Shown in pieces: positions 54,613-64,000 of a stretch of DNA of 64,000 nucleotides. The notes below the pieces were generated by a model. The model worked only from the letters and a program-made list of their open reading frames with translations. It made no database searches and was not told where the DNA came from. Every line of letters begins with the position of its first letter. Within the stretch, counting starts at the first letter, position 1. Source of the stretch: Octopus vulgaris (taxonomy: Eukaryota); assembly GCA_951406725.2 (NCBI GenBank), contig OX597814.1, positions 212,660,001 through 212,724,000 of the forward strand. The letters run 5' to 3'. Position numbers and translations under genes: made by a program.

Positions 54613-57600
54613 GTCAGTGGAAAACCTATGTATGTGTGTGTGTGTTTTTATGTATGTGTATACGTGTCTGCGTGTGAGTGTGTGTGTGTGTGTGTATGTG
54701 TGTGTCTGTACATTTTTGTTTGGTATACGGGGTTTCTGTATGTACCGTTGATTGCGTCTTTACCAAATGAGTTTTGACAAAATTGCGCCACCATTAACGA
54801 GTTGTGCCAATACTGGAACAATCGTTAAATTACCTCTTAGTGAGTCATTGTTATTCGGTTTAGATTCTTCAAAGAATTTATCTTGTTTCAATATTCACTT
54901 CAGTTTTAACTTTCATTTGGTATATTCACTTTTCCTAATGATGTTCCAGGTACTATTTTACCAATGTGGGGTAACTAAGATTCGTGGCTTAATTCTATTA
55001 AGATCCGTAATGTGCATTTCATCGTAGATTTACAACAGTTAACACCTAGATATTGGAACCGTGATATATTTCTAGCACTCAAATTTGTGTTAGTACATAT
55101 TAACGATAGTAATATTTTAACGATAACATTGATAGCAATTGCGATAGGTGCAACGGTTGTTTTTATTGATAATTTTAATAGGGTTAGTCAGCTGATGCCA
55201 TTAGTGATAGTGAGAGTGGTAATAAAATTGGTATATGCGCTATTAAGATTGGAGATGAAAATAATTCCAGTGTTATATGTATTAGTAGTGATGACTTTCA
55301 TTATAGCACGGCTGCCGATAGTATTTACTATGCCACTTTACTGAAAAGAATATATATTAACTTGCCTATTGACCTTTCATCTTTTCATATTTTATCCTCC
55401 ATTTTCTTTTGTTTAGCAAAATGGAGATTTCTATTTGGTTAACCAACCCCCACATGTAGTTATCAACAACCTTCCAAACAGAAAGTTGATCTTTTATCAG
55501 AAAACGTTTAGGAAAAAATATCTAAATGAGCTAAAAATACATCAATATTTTTACTTTATCACAAGTAGTACGCCTCTAACAATCACCATGCAGAAAGCAG
55601 AAACGATTATTGTAATTTTTTTTTTTCATTGTGCGTTATTGAAAATTTGTAAACAAAGGTGATTTGTATCAAACACCGTTTTTGATCAATGAATAATCAC
55701 TGATGAAATACGTAAAAAGAAATGGAATTTAATGATGAATTCCCTGACAATTAAATAACAGTATATTAGTTTATTGATTTAATTTATTGGTATTTACCCA
55801 ACATTTCCATTTTTATTTTTGCTGTAAATTGATCTAAAGTAAAACTTTTATAAGTTTTCCTTTTGTGTTGAACATTTTATATTTTATTGATATTGTGTGC
55901 GATGCAGAATATATATAATATGACTACAGCTAGCTTCAATAGCAATAATAGTCTGACTAAAAAGAATGTTTTCGCGATAAATCCGTTCACAAATACGTGA
56001 CTAGGAAAGCGCACACAAACGTCATGTTGAGAATAGAAATTGAAAATGGGAATAGAATTTCGTTTTTAATGTAGATCTCACCGGACAACTGATATTTCTC
56101 GATATATACATTTTTTCTTTTTTCCTTTTTTTTTTTTTGCTGTACCAACGTATCCAACATGACTAATTCTTCTCATGCTACAATCGTTTATGTATCAATT
56201 CGATGTTTATTTAAATATCCCCATTTTTTTTCCTTTGTGCGATTCAGTACATTATTCATTTAAAATATCAGAGGTGGTAGAAATGATAGACACCTGCATG
56301 CAAGAAATTAACTTTTGATTTATTAATGGACTTTCCGTTCGTGTGTTATGATTTTCGATAATGATGTTTGCATATTTTGTAAGAGTTTATAAAATAGGTG
56401 GTTGAAAAAATATTATGTTACTAAGAAGTGCCGGAAAAAAATCAAGTACTTCTTAGGGAATAGGCACCAGAACTGTTTTTCCCTTTCTAATGTGTAAACA
56501 ATGTTCACTCTTTCTCATAAATATAAAAGATATAGACATACTATCATAAACTTCATGTTTGAAATCGTGGACTATAAATTTGTATTTAAAATGCATGAAT
56601 ATTTTAATTATCTCACGGTGACTTAATTGCTATATACCTTCCAAATACCAACGGAAGATGATTAGTTTGTTTAAGTGTGGCAGAAGATAGTGTAATACAG
56701 TATGAAAGTGTGTGCTGGTCTTGTGTAGTGCAGCGTACTGGGGTAACATGTAGCAGTATGGACAGTACTGAACGAGAGCGCGAGAGACAGAGAAAGATAA
56801 AAACAGACAGAGACAGAAGGAGGGCGACCGAAAGAGAGAGAGCAAGAAAGTAAAAAAAAAGAAAGAGGAAACATGTTTATAAGTGATGGAAGAACCAAAG
56901 AATGTAAGAGCGCACTACTTGTAAAATGGTAGATAAGAATGAATCAGAAAATGGTAGAGATTAAAGACTGGCTTGTTAGGAGAAGAGAAGGATAAAAATG
57001 ATGTAAACAAAAGAACTGGATAGCATAAAAGCAAGGATTATATGGGGCGTCAAAGAAATGTTAATTGATCATTGATTTCTGGGTACAAAAGTCGAAATGT
57101 GAAGTTCAAACGAGCTAAAGAAGATGCGTGTACGAATGACAATATATTGGAATGTTGACGATGCCTGCAAAGAGCTTGCTAGCTACTATATCATCGTACA
57201 TCTATAGATGTTCTCGAAAAGCATCAACTGGTCTTCGTCTTGTTGCAAACCCATGTATGAATGAATTCCGTTCGCATCTATTGTAATTGAAAGAACAAGT
57301 GAATTAATCAGCGACTTAGAAACTGGACGACGACCGTGCAGAGTGTTCATAATCTGGAGGAAGATAAAGAATATAAAACTTTCACTTTTATGTTAATAAC
57401 TATGGAACACTTGGTGGGAATAATATCTACATGGACTTCAAGGTCTAGGTTGCTATTTAGGTAGATAATTTAGGAGTTGGTTATAGGTTTACTTATTGAA
57501 TTTATTCACCAATACTGTTTTTGTACATAGAGTAAATGTATTTCTTTCTTGTAATTTAACTGATAATGTTAGTGTTTAATCCTTCCTAGAATTAAGATTG

Positions 57601-58053
57601 AATGAATGTGGTGATATATATAAGGTATGTTTGTTCCCAAACAACACTTATTTTAGTGCTGTTGACACCACTGGATTCAATGGCACTGCCCAGGTGTCGA
57701 AACCATAATGATATTCGGGTGGCAACTGATGATGGAGGCATGCTGGATTGTTGGTATGGCTTTGTTGTATGTGCGGAATAGCTTTGTAAGATGCATATTT
57801 GATATATATTTATACATACATACATATATGTATGCATGTATATACATGCATGCATACATATATATATATATATATTATATATATCTCATCAACATTCTTC
57901 TTCTTCTACCCTACCAAGAATTCACAACGACCTCGAACACACAAGTGCAAACAAGAGAGACAGAGCAAGGCAGAAACAAGGAAAATGCCACTTATATGTG
58001 AACACTTAAAAAAAACTTTTCTTTTAACTTTTCTAAATTGAATTATTTAATCG

Positions 58054-58097
58054 TTACAGTTGAAAAGGTCTCAAAATGACCGAAACCGGTACTGAAA
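58054..58097 (+). ncRNA. Type I hammerhead motif, U3-A8 covariant core
   Basis: cag-TTGAAAA(58060-58066)-ggtc tcaaaat gacc-GAAA-ccgg-TA-ctg; palindromic stem III ACCGGT; predicted cleavage after 58091. Confidence 0.72.
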
Positions 58098-58142
58098 TGT
58101 TCTTTATAAAATTATTTTAGCATTTTCTATCTTGACTTGTTT

Positions 58143-58194
<52 letters not shown>

Positions 58195-58198
<4 letters not shown>

Positions 58199-58395
58199 GG
58201 GAGAGTTCACGAAAAAAACAAAAGACGAAGACAAATGGTGTAGAAAACAAACAGATGTATTAGTATAACGCTCAGGAGTTGAAAAAGTCTTTTACGTTTC
58301 GGGCTTACACTCTTGTACAGAAAGGGACACAGAAACAAAACAAGGAGAGAAATAAGGAGAGAAAAAATATGTGTAGTGGGTACCGATCTATCATA
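58195..58395 (-). mobile_element. Penelope-like pseudo-LTR with degenerate hammerhead (58289-58324)
   Basis: cttt-CTGTACA-agagt gtaa gccc-GAAA-cg-TA-aaag; homologous to 25730-25910; abuts (TA)n. Confidence 0.65.
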
Positions 58396-58807
58396 TACAC
58401 AAATTATGGGAGTTCACGGGTTATTTAAATGACTAGGTAAACTAGGTAAGTACTGGATTATTAGGGCTTCATGGTTATAGCCGAGACAGTAGTTATGGAG
58501 CCATTGGAAACTTCCGATATAGCTGAAATATAATTGTTAAAGAGGACAATAAAAGTTAAGGCAAGACAAACATCTCAAATCATAAGCATTATTATTATCA
58601 TTGGAAAAAGTTCCAAAGTCTTACAACTGTTTCTAGGATATCCCAGTGTATGGGATATACCGTCATCGGAGACAAATATGGAAAATGAGAAGGGTATAGA
58701 GTCATGAAATGACAACATATAGAGCAGTAGTAAAGGAATAAGGAGATGAAGAAAGAAGAAGAAAAAAGAAGCATAAAAGTCCACAGTTCAACTTTTCGAT
58801 CTTGTAG

Positions 58808-59542
58808 AAATAAGTCCATAAGTCCTTATGGCCTCGCTAAAGCATTCTTTAAAATAGTAGAATCTAATTTCCCATGTAACCTGGCAGAAACGTTAGCACG
58901 CCGGGCGAAATGCGTAGCCGTATTTTGTCTCTCGTTACGTTCCGAGTTCAAATTCCGCCGAGGTCGATTTCGCCTTTCATCCTTTCGGGGTCGATAAATT
59001 AAGTACCAGTTACGCACTGGCGGCGATGTAACTGACTTAATCCGTTTGTCTATCCTTGTTTGTCCCCTCTGTGTTTAGCCCCTTGTGGGTAGTAAAGAAA
59101 TATATCTTTAACAGATCCAATTTGAAATTATCCTAATCATCTACACCAAATATAGAATCTATTATCACCTAATCTAACAAACCTAAACTTAGCTCATATT
59201 ATCTAAATGCATACAACCCTACCATAGACCTACACAACGAAAATACTAATACCGATCGAAATAACATATCTAGTACCCCGGGCCCGAACACTTTGAATAA
59301 CATAAACATACATTATATAGTCCCCACCTTGGAGGGTAACAGGCGCACAGGTGAAACCGACGCAAACTCTAATAGACATACTGATACTTACAATAATAAC
59401 TATATTTTAACCAATACAAATTATAGTACCTATACTTCAACTACTGGCAATAATATTAATATTAACAACAACGGTAATATTAAAAATCGTGAAAATTCTA
59501 CTACTACTACTACTACTACTATTGCTACTACTGTTACTACAG

Positions 59543-59639
<97 letters not shown>

Positions 59640-60046
59640 TTATAAAAATATTAATAGTTATAACAACGATGCCGATAACGATAATGACGATAATAATAAT
59701 AATGGTAACACAGGCGTTAATATTGATACTAGAAATGATGGCAATAATAACAACAATATCAGGAATGCTTCAAATAGTACAAACCTAGACGTTACCAGCA
59801 CCACCTCGTCTCTCTCACCAATTAAACATCGTAGAACTAATAGCTGCAACTGCAGATCTGGGACAGATTTCCCGTTCCAAGCTCATTGCAGAAGTTTGAA
59901 CTTCGTATACTAATACGCAACATAGTAAATAACTGCTATAGCTATTACACTGGATCTATCACAAATTTTTAAACAAAGATATTATGCACATTTAAACTCG
60001 TTTAAATATAAAGATAATAGAAATTCCGCACCACCATCCAGCCGCG
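58808..60046 (+). mobile_element. Penelope-like (Naiad-like) ORF C-terminal part: thumb/linker plus GIY-YIG, disabled, split by a SINE
   Basis: LAKAFFKIVESNFP [SINE] YIFNRSNLKLS*SSTPNIESII...CNCRSGTDFPFQAHCRSLNFVY...YYTGSITNF-KQRYYAHLNSFKY. Confidence 0.8.
58881..59101 (+). mobile_element. SINE family A inserted in the Penelope-like ORF
   Basis: Close match to 19978-20206. Confidence 0.92.
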
Positions 60047-60048
60047 TT

Positions 60049-61646
60049 CACTGGCGAAAATAAATTTAAAACTGATGATAAAGTTCTATTTCTTACAAAA
60101 AAATTTGTTACTAACACCATACAAATTATTTTTATTTTTACACCTTATGCAGAATTTATTTCTCTTTCAAATGCTGCAGACAATAACTATTTTTATACAA
60201 CTTGAAGAATTGTAATGCTAAACTAATATAAGCGTTTCACATTTATCAGCAAAATTAGTTTAAAACCGTATCATTATAATTTTATTTAATGCTTAAAATT
60301 GTAGCAAAAATGAGCAACAAAAACGAAACATATTAGTACTTAATAACGGCTGAACAACGCCTCGGCATTGAATTCACTAAGTGATTACAAAATTCTATGG
60401 CAATGTTTTGCCATATTTCATTGATATAATCGAATAATTGTTTTAGAGTAGATGGTTTTTTTAGCATGGACTTTTTTTGGAAACATAATTCCATAAGTTC
60501 TCGATCGGATTCAGTTCTGAGTTCTGGGGAGGCCATTCGATTATGTCAGTATTATGGTGATCAAAAAACTCCATAACCTTTTTGGCTTTGTGCAAATGAC
60601 TATTGTTCTGCTGATAAGTAACCCCCGAAGCTATTTGGCGAGTCAAAAATGGCACAACATTATCCGTTATTAGATTCATGTAACCGACACTATTTAGCTT
60701 TCCATCAACTTTAACTAGAGGACCAACACCAAAGCTACTAAATGCCAGGCACACAATCACACCCCCAGCCCATGCTTGCGACGTCATTTTTATGCATTTC
60801 GGATGGAATTCCTCGGTTGGGCGACGTCTGACGTATGTTTTACCATCTGATCCAAATATACAGAAGCGTGACTCAGCACTCCAAGGAACCCTGCACCAAT
60901 CTTCAGCAGTCCATTGGGCATGGCTTTTTGTGAAATTAAGGCGCTTGAGTCGATTTCTTTCGGATATTATTGGATTTTTCCTAGAGATTCGTCCATGTAG
61001 TCCAAATTCTCTCAAACGGTTGCATACGGTTTGTGGTGTAAAAATAAAACCATTCTCGTTAGACAATTGTTTACAAATGTCAACGGCTGTCAGCATTCGG
61101 TTGCCTTCCGAAGGTCGGTGGATTCGGCAGTCTAACAGTACCGTCGTTTTTCTTGGGGCGCCAGTCCTTTGCTGATCTTTATAATGACCAGGCTCCGACT
61201 TCCACGCTTGCACGCAAGCCGTCTTACTGCACTTTAGTTGCTTGCTGATGTTCGAAAAGGAAACTTTTTGCTGGTGGAGTAATACGATTTTGGTTCTCAT
61301 GACTGCACTGAGTCTACGTACTTTTCCCATTATTAATCAATTGTATAATAACGTTAAATTATAACACTATATAGTGCAGTTAGGCTAGTTGTGTGACCAC
61401 CCATTTTGACAACAATATTTTCATACATATTACATGGTCTTAAACTAATTTTGCCGGTAAATTTGAGACTTTTATGTTAATTTAGCATTAGAATTCTTCA
61501 AGTTGTATAAAAATAGTGATTGTCTGCATCATTCGAAAGAGAAATAAAATCTGCATAATTTGTAAAAAAAATTTGTATGGTGTTAGTAACAAAATATTTT
61601 GTAAAAAATAGAACTTTTATCATCTGTCTTAAACTTATTTTCGCCA

Positions 61647-61649
<3 letters not shown>
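60049..61649 (-). mobile_element. Full-length Tc1 (DD34E) transposon with about 220-bp IR/DR-type TIRs
   Basis: cactggcgaaaataaatttaa at 60049 vs ttaaacttattttcgccagtg-TA at 61649; inner repeat cagcaaaattagtttaa near 60248 / ttaaactaattttgccgg near 61440. Confidence 0.93.
60333..61330 (-). pseudogene. Tc1 transposase pseudogene
   Basis: HTH region TGAPRKT; WSAESRF, YQQNNS, SELNPIENLW with 34-residue spacing; both catalytic Asp substituted; C-terminus frameshifted (LVNSMPRRCSAVI). Confidence 0.9.
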
Positions 61650-61705
<56 letters not shown>

Positions 61706-61714
61706 CATATATAT

Positions 61715-61930
61715 ATAAAGTTAATCCAAATATGAAAACACAAAGAGAAAACACAACAACGCGAGGACGTGGAACAAATATAGTATTATTGGACGCTCAG
61801 GAAGGAAGGGAAGAAGGAGGGTTTTACATTTCGAGCAGAGCTCTTCGTCAGAAACATAGGAAAAGGAAAGATCCACAGAAGGGAAGACGGAGGGAAAAAA
61901 TCACCAACGATACACACGCGGTCGCATATA
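61715..61930 (-). mobile_element. Penelope-like pseudo-LTR fragment in (TA)n
   Basis: Related to 58195-58395; contains a hammerhead motif. Confidence 0.65.
61821..61855 (-). ncRNA. Minimal type I hammerhead motif
   Basis: gttt-CTGACGA-a gagc tct gctc-GAAA-tg-TA-aaac. Confidence 0.75.
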
Positions 61931-61960
61931 TATTTATTTATTTATATACATTTATTATAC

Positions 61961-62358
61961 AGAAGTGGCTGTGTGGTAAGTAGCTTGCTTACCAACCACA
62001 TGGTTCCGGGTTCAGTCCCACTGCGTGGCATCTTGGGCAAGTGTCTTCTGCTATAGCCCCGGGCCGACCAATGCCTTGTGAGTGGATTTGGTAGACGGAA
62101 ACTGAAAGAAGCCTGTCCTATATGTATATATATATATATATATATGTATGTGTCTGTGTTTGTCCCCCTAGCATTGCTTGACAACCGATGCTGGTGTGTT
62201 TACGTCCCCGTCACTTAGTAGTTCGGCAAAAGAGACCGATAGAATAAGTACTGGGCTTACAAAGAATAAGTCCCGGGGTCGATTTGCTCGACTAAAGGCG
62301 GTGCTCCAGCATGGCCGCAGTCAAATGACTGAAACAAGTGAAAGAGAAAGAGTAAAGA
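61961..62358 (+). mobile_element. SINE family B
   Basis: Close match to 30320-30738. Confidence 0.93.
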
Positions 62359-62661
62359 GATATATACAGGCAGGAGAAAATCTGGTAGACGATATAAGAT
62401 GAGTGCAGGAAGCAGAGAAGGAAACGTTAATCAAAAAGTTATTTTGTCAGATTGCGATTGCATCTAAGACAGAATCGTGGAGAGAGACAGACAGAGACAG
62501 ACAGATAGTACGAATGCTCAGTGCCTCATGATCGACTCCAGATACATCGACCGCTGGTGTGAGTGACCTTCAGAAAAAAAACTGAAGCGTTTTATTAGGC
62601 TTAGCCCCAGTGTTAGACATTCAGCTGCGACGTTGCGGATTGCAGAGTGGTATTGCAAGAA

Positions 62662-62898
62662 GGCGACGAGCTGGCAGAAACGTTAGCACGCCGGATGAAA
62701 TGCTTAGCGGTATTTCGTCTGTCGTTACGTTGTGAGTTCAAATTCCGCCGAGGTTGACTTTTCCTTTCATCCTTTCGGGGTCGATAAATTAAGTACCAGT
62801 TCAGCACTGGGGTCAATGTAATCGACTTAATACCTATGTCTGTCCTTGTTTTTCCCCTCTATGTTTAGCCCCTTGTGGGTAATAAAGAAATAGAAATA
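62662..62898 (+). mobile_element. SINE family A with 13-14-bp TSD
   Basis: TSD ggtattgcaagaag at 62649-62662 and 62899-62912. Confidence 0.93.
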
Positions 62899-63049
62899 GG
62901 TATTGCAAGAAGAGGATAACTAATTTAGTATTGAACTAAAACATTTCCATACCCATTGACTACCCGCACATATCTTCACTCGTCTTTTGCTTTTCACACA
63001 TGTTGTCTCTCATTCCCACTTCGTTCCCTTTCCATCCCATCCTATTCCA

Positions 63050-63400
63050 ATCGCACAAAATAACCTGCATGGAATTCTTCGCCCGCTTCTGTAGCTGAAA
63101 CTTTTATATGTTCCTCAAACGTGGTTGACCTGAATAGCCGTCAACACGGTACGCGTATGATGCCGATGTTTTGGCCGTATTTGTTCTATCCTTAATGTAT
63201 CAACACAAACGAATCCCTAAAACACGTTCCACGTGACTTCAGATTATGGTCATTTCCATTACAGTTTCTCAGTTTAGGAACAGCCGCATCTCGACGGTAC
63301 CCGACCCAGCTGTCTTTTGCAAGAACAAAGAGTTATAATTCGTTTCACAGATTATATACCGCACGAACGAATTATCAACTGGCTTACCTTTGGCACTGCC
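63050..63400 (+). mobile_element. Decayed Penelope-like GIY-YIG endonuclease fragment
   Basis: TFICSSNVVDL and LQEQRVIIRFTDYIPH, resembling FTC.S.NVVY and EQ..IF.L.T..P.G.N. Confidence 0.55.
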
Positions 63401-64000
63401 AGACTTTCTCCCCGACTTTTACACAAATGGAACCTAAATCCACCCTGTACATCATGTTATCATAACGTCGGTTTGGGTAGCTTTCCATCATATACTCATG
63501 CGTCTTTCCTGTAAACTCACCTTACTTTTCTCCAATTACTCTCATTTCCTTCTCTCGCATGCACCAATGCACACACTATCCACCATAGCTGACATTGATG
63601 ATTATACCCTTCTTTCAGATATGACACATATACACATCTACTTATGTCTACATCTAAATGTTTTCCCTGCTCAATAACACATATAACCTGTTTCTTTCTA
63701 ACTTCCAACTTTTTCAATTTTCCTTCTGTTTGTTCACAAAAATTTGAACATTAGAAATGTGGAAAGGAAATATTTATCATCAATGTTTCATTGGTTTCCG
63801 TAGCTTTTTATTTATCACAATTTTCAATATTTGATAAACTAATGAATTAATGAATTTATTGAGCGCCTAATATAGTGTTATTTCACGTGATAAAGCATTT
63901 ATCCTTTTGATTGCGCGTTCGTGTTTACGAGTTAACATTCCCCCACCGTATCGTGAAATCGACCTTAAGTTAGAGAGAATATAAACACCATTAAAGCGTA

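Noticed and set aside
55012-55344. Hydrophobic 110-aa ORF
   Set aside because: Derived from degenerate AT-rich triplet sequence; no ATG start or recognisable family.

Overview
Eukaryotic, AT-rich, microsatellite-dense DNA with no host protein-coding gene I can call confidently. The repeat repertoire and composition suggest an octopod cephalopod genome; this is an inference. Much of the window is nested, mostly decayed mobile DNA. It includes an RTE LINE, CR1-group and L1/Tx1-like fragments, clusters of R4/Dong elements in (TAA)n arrays, a Gypsy gag-protease relic, a full-length long-TIR Tc1 element, mariner/Tc1 relics, several long fold-back elements and many tRNA-derived SINEs. The most notable layer is Penelope-like retroelement material. 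There are three GIY-YIG relics, one of them Naiad-like with a very long in-frame Asn/Thr linker. There are also eight minimal type I hammerhead ribozyme motifs in non-coding pseudo-LTR-like repeats, including variant cores (U3-A8 covariant, A6U). Several templated insertions copied from nearby sequence are directly visible. Coordinates were read by eye; ends of decayed elements are approximate.
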